Shown: positions 10,141 to 19,299, counted from the first letter of the stretch. The stretch is 64,000 nt of DNA from an uncultured Coriobacteriales bacterium (GCA_934646835.1 CAKUES010000003.1:16500-80499), one strand, 5' to 3'. Program-made: numbers and translations. Notes: a model not told the origin generated them from the sequence alone.

Positions 10141-10194
10141 GGGCGGCAGCGGCTCAGCGTTGAGCTGCAGCTAGTGTTTAGACTTTGGTCCTTC

Positions 10195-10298
10195 GTGACA
10201 CACTTTGTGCCAGTGACATTGTGTATCACGCCGTCGAGTCGTAGGTTAACGTAAGCTTTCTGCGTGATACACAATGTCACTGGCACAAAGTGTGTCAC
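10195..10298. repeat. family-1 repeat, long form (two inverted 35-nt modules + 34-nt spacer centred on GTTAAC)
   Basis: GTGACACACTTTGTGCCAGTGACATTGTGTATCAC...GTGATACACAATGTCACTGGCACAAAGTGTGTCAC. Confidence 0.9.
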
Positions 10299-10349
10299 GG
10301 CGCTGGGTCGCAGGGTCTCGCAATCGCGTCTCCTGTACAATAGCTCCTT

Positions 10350-12161
10350 ATGGAACAGATCATCCTTCAGATAATCGAGCTGCTGCGTGCGGGCGAGGCG
10401 GTTGACGACGCGAAGATCACGTCGTTGTGCCGTGCCGCCAACGCGGGTGTGGCCGATGTCTCCCGTCATATCTCGAAAAAGAAGCTCATGCCCTTCTATC
10501 TGCGCGTTCATGAGAACGAGCCGGGGCGCTGGGAGAGCTGGGGCCTTGACGATGCACTCGAGGAGCAGCTGCTTGCCGTCCTCAAGACCAAGCCCGGCCG
10601 AACAGCGAGCGGTGTTGCCACCATCACCGTCATCACCAAGCCCTGGCCCTGTGGAAGCAACTGCCTCTACTGTCCCAATGACCTGCGCATGCCCAAGAGC
10701 TACATTTACGACGAGCCGGCCTGTCGTCGTGCAGAGCGCAGCTTCTTCGACCCGTACCTGCAGGTGGCAAGCCGCTTGTTCACCCTCGAGCAGATGGGGC
10801 ATGTGACCGATAAAATCGAGCTCATCGTGCTCGGCGGCACTTGGACCGATTATCCAGCCGATTACCGGCTTTGGTTTATTCGCGAGCTCTTCGCCGCGCT
10901 CAATGACGACGCCCAAGCTCGCTGTGCCAAGTGTGCAAAGCTCCGCGCGGCATATGCTGATGCTGGCGTGAGCTGCGATGATGATGAACTTGCGCGACAG
11001 GTTGTCGCGCTTCAAGAGCGTGTGAATATAGGGGAGCTCAACTACAACGATGCCTGGCCTGCGCTCTATGGTCCCAAGACGAGTGCTTGGCCTACAGCGG
11101 CGCTGTGGCAGCGTGCGACTATGGACGAGGTCTTTGCTCAGCATACCCTCAACGTCGACGGCGCCCACCGCGTCGTCGGTCTCGTGGTCGAGACCCGCCC
11201 AGAGACACTTGACGTCGACGTACTGACCGAGCTGCGCGCCCTAGGCTGCACCAAGGTGCAGATCGGTGTGCAGACGCTCGACCCTGCGGTCATGTGTGCC
11301 AACCATCGCCCCAGCACCATCGAGCAAATCGAGCGTGCCTTCGCCTTGTTGCGCGCCTTTGGGTTTAAGATTCACGCGCATTTCATGGCCAATCTCCATG
11401 GCTCGACTCCTGAGTCCGACATCATCGGCTACCGCCGTTTTGTGACCGAGTCGCCCTATCAGCCCGATGAGATCAAGCTCTACCCTTGCGCACTCATCGG
11501 CGGCACGGGTTTGGAGCGGCTCTACAACCAGGGGCTTTGGCGACCGTACACGGAAGACGAGCTCCTCGAGGTGCTCGTTGCGGACACGCTTGCAACGCCG
11601 CCTTTCATCCGCATCAGCCGTATGATCCGTGACTTTAGCGCCGATGATATCGTCGCTGGCGTCAAGAAGACGAACTTCCGCCAGATGGTCGAGCGCGAGC
11701 TTGAGGACCGCCGCGGCGAGGTGAGCGAGATCCGCTTCCGCGAGATCGGCAGCGCCAAGGTGAGCGCCGACGAGCTGCGCATGACGGACTACCGCTATGA
11801 GACCGCTTTCACGTGCGAGCACTTCCTGCAGTGGGTTGACGGGCTGGGGAGGATCGCGGGCTTCTTGCGCCTCTCGCTGCCCGAGTCGTCGATGTGCGAT
11901 GAGCTGCGCGGCCTTCCTCAGCCATTGGGCCAGGCGATGATCCGCGAGGTCCATGTTTACGGCAAGGCCACTGCGATTGACCATGAGGGCAAAAGCGCTC
12001 AGCACATCGGCCTGGGCAGACAGCTTGTCGAGCATGCCTGCGAGCTTGCCCGTGATGCGGGTTTTGCGAGCATCAACGTCATCAGCGCCGTGGGAACGCG
12101 CAACTACTACCGCAAGCTCGGCTTTGCGGAAAACGGCCTCTACCAGAGTCGCGAGCTGTGA
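10350..12161 (+). CDS. elp3: Elp3-type tRNA U34 modification enzyme (radical SAM + GNAT)
   Basis: 603 aa. Radical-SAM CxxxCxxC (CGSNCLYC). Elp3-like blocks DPYLQV, KIELIVLGGTW, YRLWFIRELF. C-terminal GNAT (HIGLGRQLVEHACELA...YYRKLGF). Confidence 0.85.
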   Translation: MEQIILQIIELLRAGEAVDDAKITSLCRAANAGVADVSRHISKKKLMPFYLRVHENEPGRWESWGLDDALEEQLLAVLKTKPGRTASGVATITVITKPWPCGSNCLYCPNDLRMPKSYIYDEPACRRAERSFFDPYLQVASRLFTLEQMGHVTDKIELIVLGGTWTDYPADYRLWFIRELFAALNDDAQARCAKCAKLRAAYADAGVSCDDDELARQVVALQERVNIGELNYNDAWPALYGPKTSAWPTAALWQRATMDEVFAQHTLNVDGAHRVVGLVVETRPETLDVDVLTELRALGCTKVQIGVQTLDPAVMCANHRPSTIEQIERAFALLRAFGFKIHAHFMANLHGSTPESDIIGYRRFVTESPYQPDEIKLYPCALIGGTGLERLYNQGLWRPYTEDELLEVLVADTLATPPFIRISRMIRDFSADDIVAGVKKTNFRQMVERELEDRRGEVSEIRFREIGSAKVSADELRMTDYRYETAFTCEHFLQWVDGLGRIAGFLRLSLPESSMCDELRGLPQPLGQAMIREVHVYGKATAIDHEGKSAQHIGLGRQLVEHACELARDAGFASINVISAVGTRNYYRKLGFAENGLYQSREL

Positions 12162-12410
12162 TTCTCGTTGGGGCGCCTCCGCCGTAGGCTCTTGCTCTGC
12201 TGCCGCCAGGCGGGTGGGTAGCACATTTCCCATCCCTGTGCGGCGTCACTATGACAAACTCCGCACTATCAAATTTTCAAAATATCCGGATTCTCGCGTT
12301 TCTTTCCCGTAAACAAAGGCATACTTCTAAGCATCGACAATTCGTCGGGTCACGCCCCGGCGTGGTCTGCCAGGGCGCGACCCTCTACGGAGAGGTTAGG
12401 TGAGTGCGCT

Positions 12411-14465
12411 ATGGCAGCCCCCAACACTGAGCAGGTTCGCAACATCGTCCTTGTAGGCCAGGACGGGTCCGGCAAGACCTCCCTGGCAGAGGCAATGCTC
12501 TACGTCTCCGGCAAGACCCCGCGCATGGGCACGACGCATGACGGCAAGTCTTACCTGGATTACGACGAAGAGGAGATCAAGCGTCGTTTCACTATCTCCG
12601 CAGCAGTCGCTCCCGTCCCGTACAAAGACTTCAAGATCAACGTTATCGACACCTCCGGCCATCCGGATTTCATCGGCGACACCAAGTCCTGCATGCAGGC
12701 CGCAGAGATGGCGATGTTCGTCGTCGACGCCGTTGACGGCCCGCTGGCTATGACGAGCCGCCTGTGGCGCGAGGCCGAGGACATGCGCCTGTCCCGCTCC
12801 ATCTTCATCAACCACATTGACCGCGAGGGTGCGGACTTCACGCTCGCCATGGCGCACCTGCACGCGCGCTTTGGCTCCCGCGTCATGCCGCTCACCATCC
12901 CCATGGGCAACGGCGAGGACTTCAAGGGCGTTATCGACGTCATCCGCATGAAGGCGCGCATCCACGAAAACGGCGTGAAGAAGGACATCGAGATTCCTGC
13001 CGAGTACATGGACTCCGCTACAGAGGGCCGCGAGAAGCTCTGCGACCTCATCGCCGAGGCCGACGACGAGCTGATGATGAAGTTCCTCGAGGGCGAGGAG
13101 CTCACGCAGGAGGAAGTCGAGGGCCTGATCGATAAGGCGATCGCACTCGAGCTCATCGTCCCCGTCTTCACCGGCTCCACCATCATCGAGCAGGGCATCA
13201 CTGCGCTGATGGAGGATATCACCCGCTTCTTCCCGACGCCGCAGTCCCACGGCGCTTTCTACCTCGCAGACGGCGAGGAGATTTTCATCGAGGACGACAA
13301 GCGCGCAGCCGGTTTTGTCTTCAAGACCGTCGCCGACCCCTACGTCGGCCGCCTGAGCTACCTCAAGGTCATCTCCGGCACTATCGAGCCGGGCATGGAG
13401 CTCATCAACTCCCGCTCCGGCAAGAAGGAGCGCCTGGGCTCCATCAACATCATCATGGGCAAGGAGCTCACTGCCGTTAAGAGCGCCAAGGCCGGTGACA
13501 TCGTCGTCATCCCCAAGCTCGCAGAGACCGAGACGGGCGACACCTTGAGCCTGACCGGCGAGATCTCCATCGTCCCCGTCGAGATGCCCTTCCCGCAGTT
13601 CCCCGTTGCCATCGAGGCTGCAGACCGCAAGTCCGAGGACAAACTCACCGCCTTCCTCAACCGCGCCATCGAAAACGATCCGACTGTCCACCTGGTGATG
13701 AACGAGGAGACCGGCCAGACCGTGCTCTACACCATGGGCGAGACCCAGCTCGACCTCGTCCTCGCCCGCGCCAAGGCTGCAGGTATCGAGGTCAACCGCG
13801 TTCCCGTGCGCATCCCGTACCGCGAGACCATCCGCAAGAGCGCGAGCGCTCAGGGTCGCCACAAGAAGCAGACCGGCGGCGCCGGTCAGTTTGGCGATTG
13901 CTGGCTGCGCCTCGAGCCCAACCCCGGCGAGGGCTACGAGTTCGTCGATGAGACCAAGGGCGGCGTCATCCCCGGCGGCCTGATCCCCGCTGTCGACAAG
14001 GGCGTCCAGGAGACGATGAAGGACGGCGTGCTCGCTGGCTACCCCATGCAGGACATCAAGTGCGCCGTGTTCGACGGCTCCTACCACTCCGTCGACTCCA
14101 ACGAGATGGCCTTCAAGACCGCCGCGCGCATCGGCTTCAAGGCTGCCGTCGCTCAGGCCGAGCCCGTTATCCTCGAGCCCATGGCCAAGATGCACATCAC
14201 GGTGGGCGAGGAGTTCGCCGGTGCGATTATGGGCGACATCTCCACGCGTCGCGGCCGCATCTACGGCACTGACTCCGACGACTGGGGCGACACCATCATC
14301 AAGGCTCGCGTGCCCTACGCAGAGGTCGTCGACTATACGAAGGACCTGCGCTCCATCACCCGCGGCACCGGCTCCTACGAGCTGATGATGGACGGCTACG
14401 AGCAGGCTCCGCGCGATGTTCAGGACAAGCTCGTCGCTGCCTACGAGGAGGCCAAGCAGGCTTAG
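12411..14465 (+). CDS. elongation factor G paralog (EF-G2-like GTPase)
   Basis: 684 aa. G1 GQDGSGKTS, G3 DTSGHPDF, G4 NHID, and full EF-G domain order. The motifs diverge from canonical FusA (AHIDAGKTT/DTPGHVDF). Confidence 0.85.
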   Translation: MAAPNTEQVRNIVLVGQDGSGKTSLAEAMLYVSGKTPRMGTTHDGKSYLDYDEEEIKRRFTISAAVAPVPYKDFKINVIDTSGHPDFIGDTKSCMQAAEMAMFVVDAVDGPLAMTSRLWREAEDMRLSRSIFINHIDREGADFTLAMAHLHARFGSRVMPLTIPMGNGEDFKGVIDVIRMKARIHENGVKKDIEIPAEYMDSATEGREKLCDLIAEADDELMMKFLEGEELTQEEVEGLIDKAIALELIVPVFTGSTIIEQGITALMEDITRFFPTPQSHGAFYLADGEEIFIEDDKRAAGFVFKTVADPYVGRLSYLKVISGTIEPGMELINSRSGKKERLGSINIIMGKELTAVKSAKAGDIVVIPKLAETETGDTLSLTGEISIVPVEMPFPQFPVAIEAADRKSEDKLTAFLNRAIENDPTVHLVMNEETGQTVLYTMGETQLDLVLARAKAAGIEVNRVPVRIPYRETIRKSASAQGRHKKQTGGAGQFGDCWLRLEPNPGEGYEFVDETKGGVIPGGLIPAVDKGVQETMKDGVLAGYPMQDIKCAVFDGSYHSVDSNEMAFKTAARIGFKAAVAQAEPVILEPMAKMHITVGEEFAGAIMGDISTRRGRIYGTDSDDWGDTIIKARVPYAEVVDYTKDLRSITRGTGSYELMMDGYEQAPRDVQDKLVAAYEEAKQA

Positions 14466-14530
14466 TTGGCCAGCGTGTTTCGCATAGCAGTGATTAAGGG
14501 GCGGATCCGTTTTGGGTTCGCCTCTTCTCT

Positions 14531-14611
14531 TGTCACTGGGACTTTGCGCGAAGCGTGTGACACCAGATGACACCAGATGACACCAGATGTACCAGTGACA
14601 TTGTGTGTCAC
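14531..14611. repeat. family-1 repeat, degenerate copy carrying a 3x 10-bp tandem (GACACCAGAT)
   Basis: TGTCACTGGGACTTTG...GTGACACCAGATGACACCAGATGACACCAGATGTACCAGTGACATTGTGTGTCAC. Confidence 0.75.
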
Positions 14612-14691
14612 GTTGGCAACCTCTGGCAGTGCTCCTCGCGCCTTGTGCTTTAATCGAGACCATCCAACAACCCTCGAGCACGGAGGCATCC

Positions 14692-16110
14692 ATGGAGCGC
14701 AAGAACGCTTGGAAAGAGTACACCGATGCAGACCTCGAGCAGATGAAGGACGTCTGCGCGGGCTATATCGACTTTATCAGCGACAACAAGACCGAGCGCG
14801 AGTGCGCGGCGGCCGCCATCAAGCAGGCCGAGGCTGCAGGCTACAAGCCGCTCGCAGAGGTCATCGCCAATGGCCAGCAGCTCGCATGCGGTGACAAGGT
14901 CTGGGCGCACACCCGCGGCAAAGCGCTCCTGCTCGTCCACATCGGCTCTGAGCCGATTGAGAACGGCCTCAACATTCTGGGTGCCCACATCGACAGCCCG
15001 CGTCTCGACCTCAAGCAGAACCCGCTGTATGAGAGCAGCGACCTCGCACTGCTGGACACGCATTACTACGGCGGTATCAAGAAGTACCAGTGGGTCACGG
15101 TTCCGTTGGCCCTGCACGGTGTTGTCGCCAAGAAGGACGGCAGCGTCGTCGACGTTGTCGTGGGAGAGGACGCAAGCGATCCCGTGTTCTGCATCACGGA
15201 CATCCTGCCGCACCTGGGTGCAGAGCAGATGAAGCGCGAGGCAGGCAAGATCGTCACGGGCGAGGATCTCGACGTGCTCGTCGGACACGCTCCGCTCGTC
15301 ATCGACAAGGCTGATGAGGACCTTACCGACGAGGACAAGGAAGCACAGAAGTCCCCGGTCAAGGCCATGGTTTGCAAGCTTTTGGAAGAGAAGTACGGCA
15401 TCGAGGAGGAGGACTTCCTCTCTGCAGAGATCGAGGTCGTTCCTGCTGGCCGCGCCCGTGAGCTCGGCTTCGACCGCAGCATGGTGATCGGCTACGGCCA
15501 AGACGACCGCGTCTGCGCCTACACGAGCCTCATCGCCCAGCTCGCCATCGAGGATCCCAAACGCACGGCGGTGTGCATCTTGGTCGACAAGGAGGAGATC
15601 GGCTCCGTCGGCGCCTCCAGCATGGAGTCCCTGTTCTTCGAGAACGCCATGGCAGAGATCATGGAGCTCGCCGGCGAGGGCGGTCAGCTTAGGCTGCGCC
15701 GTGCTCTGGCAGCAAGTCGCATGCTCTCCAGCGACGTCTCCGCTGGCTTCGATCCTGCGTATGCGAGCGTTTTCGAGGCCAAGAACGCCGCTTACTGCGG
15801 CCGTGGCCTCGTGTTCAACAAGTACACGGGCGCCCGTGGCAAGTCCGGCAGCAACGATGCGAGTGCCGAGTACATGGCGCGCGTGCGCAAGGTGATGGAC
15901 GATGCCGGCGTGCACTTCCAGACTGCAGAGCTTGGCAAGGTCGACGCCGGTGGCGGCGGAACCATCGCCTTCATCCCGGCCAGGTACGACATGGACGTCA
16001 TCGACTCCGGTGTTGCCGTGCTGTCTATGCATGCACCTTGGGAGGTAACCTCCAAGGCCGACATCTACGAGGCCTACCGCGGTTACCTGGCCTTCCTGCT
16101 CAACGCCTAG
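14692..16110 (+). CDS. M18-family aminopeptidase (aminopeptidase 1)
   Basis: ORF 14605..16110 trimmed to ATG 14692 (GGAGG SD). MERKNAWKEYT..., GAHIDSPR, and a C-terminal SMHAPWE motif. Confidence 0.85.
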   Translation: MERKNAWKEYTDADLEQMKDVCAGYIDFISDNKTERECAAAAIKQAEAAGYKPLAEVIANGQQLACGDKVWAHTRGKALLLVHIGSEPIENGLNILGAHIDSPRLDLKQNPLYESSDLALLDTHYYGGIKKYQWVTVPLALHGVVAKKDGSVVDVVVGEDASDPVFCITDILPHLGAEQMKREAGKIVTGEDLDVLVGHAPLVIDKADEDLTDEDKEAQKSPVKAMVCKLLEEKYGIEEEDFLSAEIEVVPAGRARELGFDRSMVIGYGQDDRVCAYTSLIAQLAIEDPKRTAVCILVDKEEIGSVGASSMESLFFENAMAEIMELAGEGGQLRLRRALAASRMLSSDVSAGFDPAYASVFEAKNAAYCGRGLVFNKYTGARGKSGSNDASAEYMARVRKVMDDAGVHFQTAELGKVDAGGGGTIAFIPARYDMDVIDSGVAVLSMHAPWEVTSKADIYEAYRGYLAFLLNA

Positions 16111-16224
16111 GGAGACGCTGATTAATGCAGGGTTTATGGGGAGGGACAGGGTCCCTCCCCTACGTAACCAGCGGTTTTGCCAACCATGTGCAGTGAACAT
16201 CTGCCTCAATCAGCGCTTTCCTAG
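16106..16224. repeat. family-2 MITE-like element (inverted orientation); overlaps the aminopeptidase stop codon
   Basis: CCTAGGGAGACGCTGATTAATGCA...GGGGAGGGACAGGGTCCCTCCCC...AATCAGCGCTTTCCTAG. The TAG at 16108-16110 is the stop of the preceding CDS. A partial core is also present at 16330-16352. Confidence 0.85.
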
Positions 16225-16238
16225 CGTATACGAGATTA

Positions 16239-16280
16239 GCCCCGAGCCCTGCAGCGCAGGCGCTCGGGGCTTTTGCGTTT
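16239..16280 (+). terminator. rho-independent terminator
   Basis: GCCCCGAGC / GCTCGGGGC stem followed by TTTTGCGTTT. Confidence 0.7.
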
Positions 16281-16360
16281 GGGACGAGGGCGCAGGAGCA
16301 AGCTGCGGATGCATTGGGATGATGATTGCGTAGGGGAGGGACAGGGTCCCTCTGCGGGAC

Positions 16361-16927
16361 TTAATCCTCCAGCTCGGGAAACGGGATCACCTTCGGCATC
16401 TCGGGCAGGTGCTCGCCGATGTTCTTCTCGAACCAGCACATGTCCCACCATTGGCCAAACTTGTAGGCGCAGTTGTGGAAAACGCCCACCTTGCGGTAGC
16501 CGAGCTTCTCGTGGAAGCGGATCGAGCCCTGCGTGAGGTAGGGGGTGTCGACGTCTGTGTGGGCGACGCAGGCATTGGCGTTGGCGATGCCCATCTTCTT
16601 GAGAATCGCCTCGAGCTCTGTGTAAAGCGCGCGGCCGATACCACGGGTGCGGATGTTGCGGCGCACGTAGATCGAGGTCTCGACGGACCAATCGTAGGCT
16701 GCGCGGCCCTTGAAGGTGCCGGCGTAGCAGTAGCCGAGGATGACGTCGTCCTCAACCGCGACGAGCCACGGGTATTTGACGAGCGTGTTCTCGATGCGCT
16801 GGCGCATAACCTCGACGCTGGGAGCCTCGTACTCGAAGGTGATGGCGCTGTTTTCGACGTAAGGCGCGTAGATGGCTTGAATCTGCTCGGCGTCTTCAAT
16901 CTGTGCGGTGCGAATCTCAAGTGCCAT
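16361..16927 (-). CDS. GNAT N-acetyltransferase (phosphinothricin/methionine-sulfoximine acetyltransferase-like)
   Basis: 188 aa. IRTAQIEDAEQIQAIYAPYV...AITFE...RGIGRALY...; PAT-family layout. Confidence 0.8.
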   Translation of the reverse strand: MALEIRTAQIEDAEQIQAIYAPYVENSAITFEYEAPSVEVMRQRIENTLVKYPWLVAVEDDVILGYCYAGTFKGRAAYDWSVETSIYVRRNIRTRGIGRALYTELEAILKKMGIANANACVAHTDVDTPYLTQGSIRFHEKLGYRKVGVFHNCAYKFGQWWDMCWFEKNIGEHLPEMPKVIPFPELED

Positions 16928-17084
16928 CTTGCCTTGCCTTTCTCGTCTTCAGCGTTCTTGCGGTTTAGTCGGGTCGCTCATTGTACTTGGAAAAAGCCGC
17001 TTTGCAGTCGAGAGTGCTAGAATCTCGACTCGTTGTATGTTTGATTCTGCCGATTATCGGCCTTTGCGCAGGAGAGATGAGCCC

Positions 17085-17735
17085 ATGTCCAAGATGGAAG
17101 CGGTATTGTTCGACCTCGACGGAACCCTGGTCGATACCTACGACCTCATCCTCGCCAGCCATCGCTACGCCACGCGCACCGTGCTCGACCGCGTCATCAG
17201 CGACGAGCGCCTCATGTCGACCGTGGGAACGCCCCTTGAGGACCAGATGGCGGATTACACGGACGACCCTGCCGTAGTGGCAGAGCTTTGCGCGGTCTAC
17301 CGCGAGCACAACGCCCGCGTTCACGATGAGCTGATCAAGAGCTTCGACGGCGTCACCGGCCAGCTGGACGACTTGCGCTGCGCAGGTGTGCGCATGGGCA
17401 TCGTTACCTCCAAACGCGCCGACGTTGCTCGAAAGGCGACCGACCTCTACGGCATCACGCCGTATATGGAGTGCATCGTCGGCGGTTCTGACACGCCGCT
17501 GCACAAGCCCAATCCCGATCCCATCCTCAAGGGCTGCGAGCTCATGCGCATCGACCCACTGCGCAGTGCCTACGTCGGCGACAGTCCCTTCGACATCATG
17601 GCCGGCAACGCTGCCGGCTGCAAGACGCTTGCTGTGACCTGGGGAATGTTTGCCGAGGACGTGCTCGTTGCCGAGCATCCCGTCGCCGTCGCCCATCGCA
17701 TGGACGAGATGGCCAGCGCGCTGCTCGCGTTGTAG
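17085..17735 (+). CDS. HAD-IA hydrolase (PpaX/Gph-like phosphatase)
   Basis: ORF 16908..17735 trimmed to ATG 17085. Motifs LFDLDGTLVDT, VTSK, YVGDSPFDI. Confidence 0.8.
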   Translation: MSKMEAVLFDLDGTLVDTYDLILASHRYATRTVLDRVISDERLMSTVGTPLEDQMADYTDDPAVVAELCAVYREHNARVHDELIKSFDGVTGQLDDLRCAGVRMGIVTSKRADVARKATDLYGITPYMECIVGGSDTPLHKPNPDPILKGCELMRIDPLRSAYVGDSPFDIMAGNAAGCKTLAVTWGMFAEDVLVAEHPVAVAHRMDEMASALLAL

Positions 17736-17755
17736 CGAGGGTCTATTTGCCAAGG

Positions 17756-17857
17756 CCTGTCCCAAAATGCACCTGGTCTTTTATGGGACAGGGGATGTTG
17801 CAAATTGCTCGCAGCTCGCCCTGTCCCATAAAAGACCAGGTGCATTTTGGGACAGGG
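17756..17857. repeat. family-3 nested palindrome
   Basis: CCTGTCCCAAAATGCACCTGGTCTTTTATGGGACAGGG-loop-CCCTGTCCCATAAAAGACCAGGTGCATTTTGGGACAGGG; begins 20 nt after the HAD stop. Confidence 0.9.
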
Positions 17858-18019
17858 CGTCGCTTTGGTCGAGCCGTTCGCCGCCGCATTGCGGACGCGC
17901 TCGCTTCTCCATTCCCCGTCGAAAATCGACAGTTGCGCTTGATGTGTCGATGTTTACATGCAATGTACATGCATCTCATCTATAATCCACATCAAAACTA
18001 CTGACTATTTGGAGTATCA

Positions 18020-18217
18020 ATGGCTGGAATCAACGTCACCATCCGTATCGACGAGGACCTCAAGAAGCAGGCGGACGCGCTCTTTGACGAGCTGGGTCTG
18101 TCCTTCTCCGGCGCCGTCAACGTCTTTGTCCGTCAGGCTCTGCGCGAGGACGGCCTTCCCTTCGAGATCAAGCGCGACAAGCGCCCTGTGCGCGAGCAAG
18201 ACTCAATCGAGGGCTAG
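18020..18217 (+). CDS. RelB/DinJ-family type II antitoxin (no adjacent toxin gene)
   Basis: 65 aa. VTIRIDEDLKKQADALFDELGLSFSGAVNVFVRQALREDGLPFEI is collinear with E. coli DinJ. A TATAAT lies at 17981-17986 upstream. Confidence 0.8.
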   Translation: MAGINVTIRIDEDLKKQADALFDELGLSFSGAVNVFVRQALREDGLPFEIKRDKRPVREQDSIEG

Positions 18218-18230
18218 GGGAGGGCAGTCG

Positions 18231-19166
18231 ATGACGCTTCAGCAACTTCGCTATCTCATCGCAATCGCGGAGTGCGGCTCCATCAGCGGCGCCGCCCACG
18301 ACCTCTTCGTCTCGCAGTCGAGCCTCTCGGTCGCCCTCAAGGAGATCGAGAACGAGACCGGCGTCACGGTCTTCCAGCGCTCCAACCGCGGCATCACCAT
18401 CACGAGCGAGGGTATCGAGCTGCTCGGCTACGCTCGTCAGGTCGTGGAGCAGGCAGACCTTCTCGAGCAACGCTACCAGCGCGGCGAGGAGGACGTCCCC
18501 CAGAGGCTGTCCGTCTCAACCCAGCACTACACCTTCTGCGTCGAGGCCTTCGTCAACATGGTCGAGGCCCTCAACGCCGACGAGTACAAGTTCACCCTGC
18601 GCGAGACCCGCACGGCGGAGATCATCGACGACGTGAGCGAGTTCCGTAGCGACATCGGCGTGCTCTACCTCGACAAGTTCAACAACCGCGTCCTCTCCAA
18701 GGCGCTCGACAACGCGAACCTCACCTTCACCTCGCTGTTCAAGTGCAAGCCGCATGTCTTCGTCGGCGAGCATCATCCGCTGGCCAATCGCAAGAAGCTT
18801 GTAATCGACGATCTTGCGGAGTACGCGCGCTACTCCTTCGAGCAGGGCACGAACAATTCCTTCTACTACAGTGAGGAGCCGCTGAGCTCGCTGCCGCACA
18901 AGAAGCGCATCGTCATCTCCGACCGCGGTACGCTTTCCAACCTGCTTACCCACCACAACGGCTACACCGTGTCGACCGGTGTCCTCTCGAGCGAGATGCA
19001 CACGGGCATCGTCTCCATTCCCTTGGAGACCGACGAGGAGATGAACATGGGCTACGTCATGCACGCGGAGCGCAAGCCCAACGCGCTCGTGCTGCGCTAC
19101 ATCGACGCCCTCAAGGAGCAGATCGCGACTTACAGCATCGACAACGCCATGGAGACGGCGGAGTAG
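18231..19166 (+). CDS. LysR-family transcriptional regulator
   Basis: ORF 17958..19166 trimmed to ATG 18231. HTH is MTLQQLRYLIAIAECGSISGAAHDLFVSQSSLSVALKEIE. Confidence 0.9.
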   Translation: MTLQQLRYLIAIAECGSISGAAHDLFVSQSSLSVALKEIENETGVTVFQRSNRGITITSEGIELLGYARQVVEQADLLEQRYQRGEEDVPQRLSVSTQHYTFCVEAFVNMVEALNADEYKFTLRETRTAEIIDDVSEFRSDIGVLYLDKFNNRVLSKALDNANLTFTSLFKCKPHVFVGEHHPLANRKKLVIDDLAEYARYSFEQGTNNSFYYSEEPLSSLPHKKRIVISDRGTLSNLLTHHNGYTVSTGVLSSEMHTGIVSIPLETDEEMNMGYVMHAERKPNALVLRYIDALKEQIATYSIDNAMETAE

Positions 19167-19224
19167 CGTCGTTTTGCGTCCCTTATCGCAAGCGGCTTCC
19201 GCTCAACATGACGTCGGAATCTGC

Positions 19225-19277
19225 GTGACACCGTTTGTACCAGTGACACCAAATGTCACTGGTACAAACGGTGTCAC
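19225..19277. repeat. family-1 repeat, short form
   Basis: GTGACACCGTTTGTACCAGTGACA-CCAAA-TGTCACTGGTACAAACGGTGTCAC. It differs from copy 4542 by one compensated base pair. Confidence 0.9.
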
Positions 19278-19299
19278 GTCCCCGGTTTTCCTCGCTGCC

